DNA from: Gemmatimonadota bacterium
GTDB taxonomy: Bacteria > Gemmatimonadota > Gemmatimonadetes > Gemmatimonadales > GWC2-71-9
Reading direction: 5' to 3'
Assembly (NCBI GenBank): GCA_036679645.1
Contig: JAZDCY010000041.1
Location: 134 to 64,133 of the forward strand
Length of the DNA stretch: 64,000 nt
The notes under the pieces are model-generated. The model saw only the letters and a program-made list of their open reading frames with translations. It ran no database searches and was not told the origin of the DNA. Positions 53,939 to 63,808 of the stretch are shown here, in pieces. The translations under genes were made by a program, and so were the position numbers. Numbering within the stretch: the first letter of the stretch is position 1; each line of letters begins with the position of its first letter.

Positions 53939-53969
53939 CACCCTGCCTCGAGGCGGGGTGTTTTCGTTT
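53939..53969 (+). terminator. Rho-independent terminator after the HU/IHF gene
   Basis: CACCCTGCC-TCGA-GGCGGGGTG (9-bp stem, one G-T pair) followed by TTTTCGTTT. Confidence 0.7.
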
Positions 53970-53990
53970 GAGCCGCGGCGTGGGTAGCTT

Positions 53991-54251
53991 TTGCCTCCCA
54001 TGACGTTACGCGTGCGCTGCCGGTTCTTTGCGAGGTATGCCGAGGTACTCGGGCGGGACGAGATCACCTTCGATATGCCACTAGCTTCCCTCGTCACCGA
54101 TGCGGTCGAGCGGGTTCGTCGCGATGTCCCGGGAGGTGCCAGCCTCCCGCAGACGCCCATGATAGCGGTGAATCGCGAACACGTGCTACAAGATCGTCCG
54201 CTGCAGGACGGCGACGAACTGGCCTTCCTTCCGCCGCTGGCAGGCGGATAG
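53991..54251 (+). CDS. moaD: MoaD/ThiS-family sulfur-carrier protein
   Basis: 86 aa ending ...DGDELAFLPPLAGG (C-terminal GG). Immediately upstream of moaE. Confidence 0.8.
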   Translation: MPPMTLRVRCRFFARYAEVLGRDEITFDMPLASLVTDAVERVRRDVPGGASLPQTPMIAVNREHVLQDRPLQDGDELAFLPPLAGG

Positions 54252-54253
54252 CC

Positions 54254-54706
54254 ATGCAGCACGTCACTCATGCCGCGATCCGACTCGACGAGCTGATGGG
54301 AACCGTCGCCGGCCCCGGCCGGGGAGGGACGGCCCTCTTCGTCGGGACGGTTCGGCGGGGCCCCGAGGATGGGCCCGTGGCGCGTATCGAGTACTCAGCC
54401 TATGAGGAGATGCTCGAGGAGGAGTTCGCGCGGATTCTTTGCGCGGCCCGGGAGCGGTGGCCCGGGGCGCGCGTTGCGGCGCAGCACCGGTTAGGCACCG
54501 TCCCGACGGGTGAGGCCAGCATCGCGGTGGTCGCTGCCGCGGCACATCGTGCGGCAGCGTTCGAGGTCTGTCGGCACGTGGTCGAGGCGGCCAAGGACCA
54601 GCTCCCGGTCTGGAAACGGGAGGTGCTCGAGGATGGTGAGGCACGCTGGCACGACAACAGCGGGCGCCTCACACCCAGCGAATCCGGCGGTCCCGAGTCC
54701 CGCTAG
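54254..54706 (+). CDS. moaE: molybdopterin synthase catalytic subunit
   Basis: GALFVGTVR..., IEYSAYEEMLEEEF, LGTVPTGEASIAVVAAAAHRAAAFEVCRHVVEAAKDQLPVWKRE. Confidence 0.85.
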   Translation: MQHVTHAAIRLDELMGTVAGPGRGGTALFVGTVRRGPEDGPVARIEYSAYEEMLEEEFARILCAARERWPGARVAAQHRLGTVPTGEASIAVVAAAAHRAAAFEVCRHVVEAAKDQLPVWKREVLEDGEARWHDNSGRLTPSESGGPESR

Positions 54707-54707
54707 C

Positions 54708-55190
54708 GTGGCTCTCGGCGTCGCGCTCATTGAGCCCAAGATCCCACCGAACACCGGCAACATCGCGCGCCTATGCGCGGCGACGGGCGCGGCCTTGCAC
54801 CTCATCGAACCGCTGGGATTCCAAATGGACGACGGCGACCTACGACGTGCCGGCCTCGACTACTGGCCCGATGTGGACCTATGGACTCATCCGCATTGGC
54901 GAGCCTTTCGGGCCGCGGTGGCGCGTGACCGCTGCTTATATTTCTCCACGTACGGCGAACGCTCGTACCTCGAGGCTCCGTTCGCACACAACTCGGTGCT
55001 CGTTTTCGGCAGCGAGACCGACGGCATGCCGGAACGGATTCGGGAAAAACACCCCGACCAACTCTTCCGCATCTCCATGACGTCGGCCGTCCGGAGCCTA
55101 AACCTCGCGACCGCCGTCGCGATCGTGATGTACGAAGCGATACGCCAAATCGACGTCCGGCTGGACGACACCGGACGTCACATCCTATAA
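54708..55190 (+). CDS. trmL: SpoU/TrmL-type tRNA (cytidine/uridine-2'-O)-methyltransferase
   Basis: VALIEPKIPPNTGNIARLCAATGAALHLIEPLGF, LVFGSETDGMP, SLNLATAVAIVMYEA. GTG 54708 lies 2 nt after the moaE stop. Confidence 0.85.
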   Translation: MALGVALIEPKIPPNTGNIARLCAATGAALHLIEPLGFQMDDGDLRRAGLDYWPDVDLWTHPHWRAFRAAVARDRCLYFSTYGERSYLEAPFAHNSVLVFGSETDGMPERIREKHPDQLFRISMTSAVRSLNLATAVAIVMYEAIRQIDVRLDDTGRHIL

Positions 55191-55214
55191 CGCAACGACC
55201 CGGTCGGAGCATAC

Positions 55215-56141
55215 ATGCACAAGATCACGGTGGTTGGCGCCGGTCACGTAGGCGCGACCGTCGCGCAGCGCATCGCAGAGAAGGAGCTGGCCCGCACGGT
55301 AGTTCTGCTGGACATCATCGAGGGCATTCCACAGGGCAAGGGACTGGATCAGTGGGAATCCGCCCCCATCGAGGGCTTCGATACGCGCATCGTCGGCAGC
55401 AACGACTACGATGTGGCAGCCGGCAGCGAGCTGTTCATCGTCACCGCGGGCATTGCCCGCAAACCCGGCATGACTCGGGACGATCTGGTCAAGACGAACG
55501 CTGCCATTACCAAGTCGGTGAGCGAAGAGATCGTGCGGGTCGCACCCGAGGCGATCGTCATCATGGTATCGAATCCGCTCGACGTAATGGCCTGGGTAGC
55601 CAAGGAAGTAACGGGGTTCCCGCGCGAACGCGTCATCGGCATGGCGGGGGTGCTCGATACGGCGCGGTACCGGTCGTTCCTTGCCGAGGCACTCGATGTT
55701 TCGGTCGAGGATATCCAAGCCATGGTCCTCGGCGGCCACGGTGACTCGATGGTGCCACTCATTTCCTACACCACCGTCTCTGGAATCCCGGTGACGCAGC
55801 TCATCGATCGCGCGCAGCTGGACGCCATCGTCGAGCGTACGCGGAAAGGTGGCGGAGAGATTGTCGGGTATCTGAAGACGGGCTCCGCATACTACGCGCC
55901 GTCAGCAGCCGCTGCACAGATGGCCGAGGCGATTGCCCGGAACAAGAAGCGCGTGCTCCCCTGCGCCGCGTGGCTGCACGGCGAGTACGGACTCGAGGGA
56001 CTCTACCTGGGCGTTCCGTGCAAGCTCGGTGCGACGGGTCTCGAACAGATCATCGAGGTCGAACTCAGCGACGAGGAGCGGGCAGCACTCACCCGGTCGG
56101 CTGAGGAGGTGCAGCAGACGATGGCGTCGGTGTCCCTGTAG
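55215..56141 (+). CDS. mdh: malate dehydrogenase (LDH-like family)
   Basis: [49 protein letters not shown]. Confidence 0.95.
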   Translation: MHKITVVGAGHVGATVAQRIAEKELARTVVLLDIIEGIPQGKGLDQWESAPIEGFDTRIVGSNDYDVAAGSELFIVTAGIARKPGMTRDDLVKTNAAITKSVSEEIVRVAPEAIVIMVSNPLDVMAWVAKEVTGFPRERVIGMAGVLDTARYRSFLAEALDVSVEDIQAMVLGGHGDSMVPLISYTTVSGIPVTQLIDRAQLDAIVERTRKGGGEIVGYLKTGSAYYAPSAAAAQMAEAIARNKKRVLPCAAWLHGEYGLEGLYLGVPCKLGATGLEQIIEVELSDEERAALTRSAEEVQQTMASVSL

Positions 56142-56192
56142 CACACTCCAGTGAGGATACCGGCATTCGGCGCAACAGCGGCCTTTGGGGAA

Positions 56193-56609
56193 TTACGAGC
56201 TTGACCCTCGGTATTCGACCGAGTTGCGCGGGGTCTCCCAGAGGACCAACCGGACGAGCTTCCCGGGCAGCTTCCCGTCGAGCATCTCCCAGATCACGAC
56301 CACGATGTTCTCCGCCGTCGGATTGACATCGCGAAAAGCCGGCACGTCCATATTGAGATTGCGGTGATCGAGGGCGGCAACCACGGTGGCTTCAGCTACG
56401 CGCTTGACCTCGCTCAGGTCCGCGACGTAGCCCGTGATAGGATCAATCTCACCTTTGACCGAGATATCCAGCTCGTAGTTGTGTCCGTGGAAGTTGGGAT
56501 TGTTGCACGGGCCGAACGTGGCCCGGTTTTCCTCATCGGTGAGCGCGGCGTTGTGCAGCCGGTGCGCGGCATTGAAGTGAACGCGTCGTGTAACGGTAAC
56601 GGTGGGCAT
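56193..56609 (-). CDS. queD: 6-carboxy-5,6,7,8-tetrahydropterin synthase
   Basis: VTRRVHFNAAHRLHN, CNNPNFHGHNYELDISV, LDHRNLN. Start trimmed to ATG 56609. Confidence 0.9.
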   Translation of the reverse strand: MPTVTVTRRVHFNAAHRLHNAALTDEENRATFGPCNNPNFHGHNYELDISVKGEIDPITGYVADLSEVKRVAEATVVAALDHRNLNMDVPAFRDVNPTAENIVVVIWEMLDGKLPGKLVRLVLWETPRNSVEYRGSSS

Positions 56610-56610
56610 G

Positions 56611-57735
56611 TTACGGTACCTCCATCTTCCAGAACGCAATCCCTCCCGGCTGGAGACGGAGTGCCACGCTGGCTACGCGCGCCCCGGACGCCAGATCGAT
56701 GACATCCAGTGTACCGCGCGTGGCGCCAATTGCCTCATTTGACACGAACGCGTAGCGCGAATCGGGGGAAAGCGCGACACCATGAGTCAGGGGCTGCGAG
56801 GTACGCACCCGCCGCTGCTCGCCCGAAGCACGGTCGATGATCGCGACAGCCTGGTCGCCTTTGAGCGTAACGACGAGGAAGCGGCCGTCCGGCGTGACCG
56901 CGGCATTGTACGGCCCTCGCCCGGTCGGGAAACGTCCGTCGATCTCCCACGTCTCCGCGTTGATCTCGAGCACCACGGCTGCGGCATTGCACGGAACGTA
57001 GACGTACCGGTCGTCGGGACTGGGTGCTGCCCAGGTGGGTTTGCAGGTGGGAGGCCCCTCCCGCGCGGCGGATTCCACCGGTCCCTCGTGCCCGCGCCGC
57101 ACCGAAAGCCGACGGCTCACGGCCAGTCGGTCCGTCGCGATCTCGATCACCTGGTCGTCCATGACGCACGCCGAGTAATGCCGCGTTCCGGCGTGGTTCA
57201 CGCGACCGCCGTGCGGTTGGGTGCACGTCGTGATCTCCGCCATCTCCCGCATTCCGCGAGTGAAGAAAACAGAGACCGTGCTGGGCACGGGATTGCCGTG
57301 GAGATTGAAGTTCGAGGCGAAGAGCAGGCTGCCATCGGGCGACAGAGCCAGCGTGGCGGGGAACAACCCCGCACTGGCGGAGTCGACAAGATCGTCCGTG
57401 CCCGTGCGAAACTGCCAGACCTTTCCGAAGGGTGTGCCGTGCGCGAGCGTGAGGTACCAGTGCCGCCCGTCGGGCGACACGCTGATCCCGTGTACGCCGT
57501 CGAGATCCGCGGGCATGATGCCGACCGGAATGGCCTTCTCCTCGACAGCGCCGTCCGGCCCGAAGCGTACGCGGGAGACTATGTCGGACGATTCGTTCGC
57601 GACGTAGACCCAGTAGCTCGCCGCCACTTCGCCACTCCCCACCTGGGCGGGAAGGCGGGAAGGCGGGAGGGCGGACAGGAGCAACAGAGCCAGTAGGAAC
57701 GCCATCCCGCCACATCTCGGGCCTCGCTCTATCAC
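56611..57735 (-). CDS. YVTN-type beta-propeller repeat protein (secreted)
   Basis: Signal peptide MAFLLALLLLSAL... Repeated ...YVANESSDIVS..., HGISVSPDGRHWYLT, LALSPDGSLLFASN, PSPDDRYVYVPCN, AAVTPDGRFLVVT, VALSPDSRYAFVSN. Start GTG 57735 (GTGA overlap) or ATG 57705. Confidence 0.75.
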   Translation of the reverse strand: MIERGPRCGGMAFLLALLLLSALPPSRLPAQVGSGEVAASYWVYVANESSDIVSRVRFGPDGAVEEKAIPVGIMPADLDGVHGISVSPDGRHWYLTLAHGTPFGKVWQFRTGTDDLVDSASAGLFPATLALSPDGSLLFASNFNLHGNPVPSTVSVFFTRGMREMAEITTCTQPHGGRVNHAGTRHYSACVMDDQVIEIATDRLAVSRRLSVRRGHEGPVESAAREGPPTCKPTWAAPSPDDRYVYVPCNAAAVVLEINAETWEIDGRFPTGRGPYNAAVTPDGRFLVVTLKGDQAVAIIDRASGEQRRVRTSQPLTHGVALSPDSRYAFVSNEAIGATRGTLDVIDLASGARVASVALRLQPGGIAFWKMEVP

Positions 57736-59768
57736 GGCGACAGACGTGCTGCCCGCCGATGACGCACAATCCAGAGCCCACTGTTCATGTCACTCACGAA
57801 GACGTTTCCCTTAAACGGCTGCGGCCCCCACGCCATGGTCTGGTTCGTGACCACCGCATCTTCTGAGGCCGACGTGTTGTACCAGCCAATCTGACGACCC
57901 TGTGCATAGAGATCGCCGCGCAACTCCCCCGAGACATCGACTATGCGCAGTCCACCCTGGTAGTACGCGATGTACAACACGCCATTCTCGACCCAGATGT
58001 TGTGCGTCCCCGCTTCCGGGACCTCGAACTTCGCCACCTCGTGCGGATGATCGATGTCCGACACATCCATCACGTGGATGTAACCACGCGGCCCGTTGAT
58101 GTCGCAGTCGTCGCAATCGAAGATCTCGTCACCCACGAAGACGTAGTCACCTTCGCGGTAGGCGGTGTGGGTATGACCCATACCGTACGCGATGCGCGAA
58201 ACGAATGTCGGGGCGAGTGGTGTGCCGCCGTGCGTGCCCGCACCGATATCGAGAATCACCAACCCGTCGTCCCAGTACGAGAGATAAGCGTATCGGCCGT
58301 CGCTCCAGACATCGTGCAGATACTTGTTCTGGTCGCCCGGCCGCAGCTCCCAGCGTCCCGCGTGGCGCGGATGGGCGGGATTGCTCATGTCGATGATGTG
58401 CATGGCGAGCGTGCCGTCGTTGATTGCGTACACGACGTCGCCATTGATCCAGACGTTGTGGATCCCGCCGGTGAGGCTGTCGCTGAACTGGGTGAGCACG
58501 GTCGGGTGGGCAGGCTCGGCGAGATCGAGTACTACCATACCGTTACGCCGGTTGCTCGCCCCCTCACGGGTGATGATCGCCCAGCTCGCGTCGCCATTCA
58601 CCTTTACGTCGTTTATCACTCGCCCGTCCACGACGACGGAATCGGTGAGCACCGGCTGGCCCGCGTCGGTCACGTCCCAGACGAACATGCGGTTGCCGCC
58701 GCCGCGCGCGTGCGTGCCCGTGTAGGCGTAGTCACGCCCGTCACGTCCCTCGAACACCCACAGGTCGCTCGTCGCGACGTGCGGCACGGCTCCCCGGCCG
58801 ACGAGATCTACCCCGGACGCCGCTTCTCGCGCAGTCGCCTGCACGAGCGCCTCGGCAGCGAACGTGCCCGCGGTCGCAAGCACCTGAAACGTGCCCGGGG
58901 TCTCGGCTACGAAGGCGCCGTCCGCAAAGACCTCCGCTCCGGCGGAGTCTAGCCCACGTGCCGACCACGTAACCGGGATCCCCTCGACCGGCCGTCCGCG
59001 CCCATCCAGCGGGCGCGCGGTGAAATGCACGACGTCGCCCACGCTCGCCGTCACCGTGCGGGGCTCCACCTCGAGTTGTCTGACCGGATTCTCCCGCACG
59101 GTGACCTCGAGCATCTCCGACACGCTACCCGTGGACGCCCGCAGCCGGACCGTGGCCGCTCGCGCAAAGGTGACTAGGCCACCCTCCGTAACCGCCGCCA
59201 CCGACGGATCATCACTGCTCCACGCTACACGGGCCGAGCGGCTCACCTCACCGCGCGTCGTCACGGGAGTCGCTGCGAGCTGGAGCGTGGTCCCGACGTA
59301 CGGTCCGTGTAACAGGTCCGGCATGTCGATGCGCGCTACGGGCCAGTCTTCGACGACCACCGGCACCGGTCCCTGATCGAGTCTCCGCCATGCGGCCCCG
59401 CCGCTGCCGTCGGGTACTTGGACTGCAACCGTGAACGACGTTGCGCCCGGTCGTTCACCCCAGGCCAGATAGGAATCGTCAACAGAGTCCTTCACCGATC
59501 GCACCCGAAAATGGTTCGACCGGCGCAGGATGCCAAAACGCGCGCCGTCGATTGCGCGGCCCGATGTGTCCAGCAGCGTAATCGTGAGCAGGATCGTGTC
59601 GCCGCGGGCAATCGTCACCGGATTGGGCGAGACGCGGAACCCGGTCACCTCGCGTCCCGCCTCCAGCCGCTGCGCCGGTGTTTGGGCCGATACGGCGGGC
59701 GCCAACCACCCGCATGCCAGAACGGCGAGTGGGAAGATCGATCGAAGCATGGCGCTGACGTCCTCCAA
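57732..59768 (-). CDS. secreted protein: N-terminal Big_2-like Ig domains plus an LVIVD-repeat beta-propeller
   Basis: Signal peptide ...AVLACGWLAPAVSAQ and three Ig-like modules. Then MFVWDVTD, MVVLDLAEP, MHIIDMSNP, GLVILDIG, IHVMDVSD, GLRIVDVS (LVIVD-type repeats). Confidence 0.75.
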   Translation of the reverse strand: MEDVSAMLRSIFPLAVLACGWLAPAVSAQTPAQRLEAGREVTGFRVSPNPVTIARGDTILLTITLLDTSGRAIDGARFGILRRSNHFRVRSVKDSVDDSYLAWGERPGATSFTVAVQVPDGSGGAAWRRLDQGPVPVVVEDWPVARIDMPDLLHGPYVGTTLQLAATPVTTRGEVSRSARVAWSSDDPSVAAVTEGGLVTFARAATVRLRASTGSVSEMLEVTVRENPVRQLEVEPRTVTASVGDVVHFTARPLDGRGRPVEGIPVTWSARGLDSAGAEVFADGAFVAETPGTFQVLATAGTFAAEALVQATAREAASGVDLVGRGAVPHVATSDLWVFEGRDGRDYAYTGTHARGGGNRMFVWDVTDAGQPVLTDSVVVDGRVINDVKVNGDASWAIITREGASNRRNGMVVLDLAEPAHPTVLTQFSDSLTGGIHNVWINGDVVYAINDGTLAMHIIDMSNPAHPRHAGRWELRPGDQNKYLHDVWSDGRYAYLSYWDDGLVILDIGAGTHGGTPLAPTFVSRIAYGMGHTHTAYREGDYVFVGDEIFDCDDCDINGPRGYIHVMDVSDIDHPHEVAKFEVPEAGTHNIWVENGVLYIAYYQGGLRIVDVSGELRGDLYAQGRQIGWYNTSASEDAVVTNQTMAWGPQPFKGNVFVSDMNSGLWIVRHRRAARLSP

Positions 59769-59839
59769 AAGGGAGTGAAACGAGTGGCAGAAATGTAACC
59801 GACGGCAGAGCTAGCGGTTGTCCGCGTTGACCGTTTTCT

Positions 59840-60862
59840 ATGATGTTGCTACGTTGGGACTTACGACTCGTGCGCGCCACCTCGCTGCTCTCGCTCGCCT
59901 CGGTCACCGGGGCACTCGTCGTCGTCACCGGCCCGGTGGACGCGCAGACCAGCACGTTCGCCGCTTCCTACGGGGTGTGGCGAGCGGGCGACTCTACGGC
60001 GGCCACGTTCAGCGCCGTCGTCCGGCGACCGCTGTTCGGACCGCTCAGCTATTCAATAGGGTTCACACACCTCGATGACGCCGCCTCGCCAGCCACCCGC
60101 ACCCATTCGGGTGCGCAATTCGGGTTAGGCGTAGGACAGAACGGCCGCGGCCTCTATGTCACCGGCATCGTTGGCGCGGGCATGCTGCACCGACGACGGG
60201 AGTTCGATGCGCTCTGGTATGCCGGGCTGGGATACGCGGTGCGGCCGCTCAACAACGTCTCGCTGGCGCTCGAGGCCGGATACCGCACCGAGGACCGCGA
60301 CATGGCGGGGTTCTGGCGGCTGCACCCCGACGATCGGCGCGGGCCCACGCTCAGCGCCTCGCTCTCTATCGGACTCGGCGGATCCCGCTCGACCGCGCCG
60401 CCCGACCAACCACCGTCGGCAAACGACATCCACGACCTCGCGCGCGAACGGGGCGCGTCGGGCGAGGCGGCACGCGTCACCACCTCCATTGTCGAAACCG
60501 CACTGGGGGTCATGGGCACTCCTTATACGTGGGGTGGTTCGACCGAGAACGGATTCGACTGCTCGGGTCTGATCCAGTACGCCTACGGCCAGCATGGCAT
60601 CATCATGCCGCGGGTGAGTCGGGCTCAGATGCGAATGGGGAGCGCAGTCTCGGCAGAGGTCGATGCGCTGCGGCCGGGTGACCTACTCGGCTTCTCGGTC
60701 GAGGGAACCGGCAACATCTCGCACATCGGGCTCTACGTCGGCGACGGGCAGTTCATTCACAGCGCGAGCGACGGGGTGAAGCTCTCCAGCCTCACTGCCG
60801 GTGACCCGGACAGCCGATGGTGGCAGCGGCGCTGGGTAGCGGCAAGACGGGTCGTTGACTGA
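59840..60862 (+). CDS. NlpC/P60 (C40) peptidoglycan endopeptidase with an N-terminal beta-barrel-like domain
   Basis: Signal peptide ...VVVTGPVDAQ and a strand-rich N-terminal half. ALGVMGTPYTWGGSTENGFDCSGLIQYAY (catalytic Cys), ISHIGLYVGDGQFIHSAS (His). Confidence 0.85.
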   Translation: MMLLRWDLRLVRATSLLSLASVTGALVVVTGPVDAQTSTFAASYGVWRAGDSTAATFSAVVRRPLFGPLSYSIGFTHLDDAASPATRTHSGAQFGLGVGQNGRGLYVTGIVGAGMLHRRREFDALWYAGLGYAVRPLNNVSLALEAGYRTEDRDMAGFWRLHPDDRRGPTLSASLSIGLGGSRSTAPPDQPPSANDIHDLARERGASGEAARVTTSIVETALGVMGTPYTWGGSTENGFDCSGLIQYAYGQHGIIMPRVSRAQMRMGSAVSAEVDALRPGDLLGFSVEGTGNISHIGLYVGDGQFIHSASDGVKLSSLTAGDPDSRWWQRRWVAARRVVD

Positions 60863-60902
60863 TGGGGACTATGATGCGGGCGATGAAGGGAGCAGCGCTC
60901 AT

Positions 60903-61160
60903 TCGCGCGACCAAACCCCGGGCGTGAGCCCGGGGTTAGAGGCAATGAAGCGGGCCTGGGCGTGAGCCCGGGGTTAGAGGCAATGAAGCGGGCCTGGGCG
61001 TGAGCCCGGGGTTAGAGGCAATGAAGCGGGCCTGCAATGAAGCGGGCCCGGGCGTGAGCCCGGGGTTAGAGGCAATGAAGCGGGCCTGGGCGTGAGCCCG
61101 GGGTTAGGGGCGATGGAAGGGGCGATGGAAGGGGCGATGGAACGGTGCGATGAGGAGGTG
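60903..61160 (+). repeat. tandem array of five 38-bp units, each with a GC-rich hairpin capped by GTGA, plus one 16-bp partial unit, ending in three GGGGCGATGGAA repeats
   Basis: Unit GGGCGTGAGCCCGGGGTTAGAGGCAATGAAGCGGGCCT at 60920, 60958, 60996, 61050 and 61088 (the last is degenerate). The first hairpin AACCCCGGGC-GTGA-GCCCGGGGTT is perfect. No spacers. Confidence 0.9.
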
Positions 61161-61162
61161 GG

Positions 61163-61656
61163 ATGGCCTGGATTGAATGGGTAGCAGAGGGGGATGCTAC
61201 CGGGCGGCTGGCGGAGCTGTATGCCAAGCACCGCGGCGCCTACGGCGTCGATCACATTCTCAAGATCCACGCGCTCAATCCGGAGTCGCTCGAGAGGCAT
61301 TTCCGGCTCTACGAGCACCTCATGCGTGGGCCGTCGCAGCTCTCGCGGGCCGAGCGCGAGATGATAGCCGTGGTGGTGTCGGTCGCCAACGACTGCTTCT
61401 ATTGAATCCGCCATCACGGGGCGGGGCTCCGGCACTACCTGAAAGACGAGACGAAGGCCCGTGCAATCGAGACGGACTACACCAAGGCCGCACTCGGGAA
61501 CCGCGAACGATGAGCGAGACCGACATCACCCACCTCCGCGAAGCGGGGATGTCCGACGCCGAAATCCTCGATACCTGCCAGGTCGCCTCCTACTACAACT
61601 TTGTGAACCGAATGGCCCAGGGCCTCGGCGTCGAGCTCGAGACCTATTGGCCTTAA
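61163..61656 (+). pseudogene. AhpD/carboxymuconolactone-decarboxylase-family peroxidase-related gene with an in-frame TGA at the second Cys of CxxC and a later frame change
   Basis: MAWIEWVAEGDATGRLAELYAK...SRAEREMIAVVVSVANDCFY-TGA-IRHHGAGLRHYL...ALGNRER-TGA. The family C-terminus MSETDITHLREAGMSDAEILDTCQVASYYNFVNRMAQGLGVEL is in the +2 frame (ATG 61510). Either a pseudogene, or a selenoprotein candidate plus a sequence error. Confidence 0.6.
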
Positions 61657-61713
61657 GTGACCCTCTCCAAAGACAGTTGACGCCACCGGGGGCTTGAGTA
61701 TCTTCCCCTTCTG

Positions 61714-61740
61714 CTAGCACTCGTACACATAGAGTGCTAA
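61714..61740 (+). promoter_or_regulatory. CIRCE element (HrcA operator) upstream of groES
   Basis: CTAGCACTC-N9-GAGTGCTAA against the consensus TTAGCACTC-N9-GAGTGCTAA (one mismatch). 52 nt upstream of the groES ATG. Confidence 0.85.
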
Positions 61741-61792
61741 CCATTGTAAGTGATTGTCTTACAATACATTAGCTACGTGGAGGTTGTGCAAC

Positions 61793-62101
61793 ATGGCCAC
61801 AGCGACCAAGTCCAAGGTCAAGGTCCAGCCGCTGGCTGACCGGGTGGTAGTGCTCCCCCTCGAGGATACCGAGGAGATGAAGGGTGGGCTCTACATTCCG
61901 GACACAGCCAAGGAGAAGCCACAGCAGGGTGAGATCATGGCGGTCGGTCCGGGTCGGTACGAGAAGACAGAGCGGGTCCCGATGGAGCTGAAGGTTGGCC
62001 AGAAGGTGCTGTACGGGAAATACAGCGGCTCCGAGGTCACCATCGATGACACCGATTACCTCATCATCAAGGAAGCCGACGTCCTCGCCGTCATCGGCTG
62101 A
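61793..62101 (+). CDS. groES: co-chaperonin GroES
   Basis: VKVQPLADRVVVLPLEDTEEMKGGLYIPDTAKEKPQQGEIMAVGPG... GGAGG lies 9 nt upstream of ATG 61793. Confidence 0.95.
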   Translation: MATATKSKVKVQPLADRVVVLPLEDTEEMKGGLYIPDTAKEKPQQGEIMAVGPGRYEKTERVPMELKVGQKVLYGKYSGSEVTIDDTDYLIIKEADVLAVIG

Positions 62102-63760
<1,659 letters not shown>

Positions 63761-63808
63761 ACGGCTAGACGTACAGACGCGTAGACGCGCAGTGCTGGGC
63801 AGGACAGC

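Noticed and set aside
60903-61160. Regularly spaced 38-bp palindromic repeats considered as a CRISPR array.
   Set aside because: The units are directly contiguous with no unique spacers. The unit count is small and no cas genes are nearby. This is a tandem REP-like array, not a CRISPR.
61406-61430. Hairpin UCCGCC-AUCACGG-GGCGGG right after the in-frame TGA, considered as a bacterial SECIS element.
   Set aside because: Not accepted as evidence on its own. The 6-bp stem is short, it starts 3 nt (not about 11 nt) after the UGA, and such GC hairpins are common by chance in this composition. It is kept only as a point to test under the selenoprotein finding.
60974-61435. 153-aa minus-strand ORF with the repeated peptide ASLPLTPGSRPGPLHC.
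   Set aside because: The repeated peptide is simply the translation of the 38-bp tandem DNA repeat, and the rest is antisense to the AhpD-like gene.
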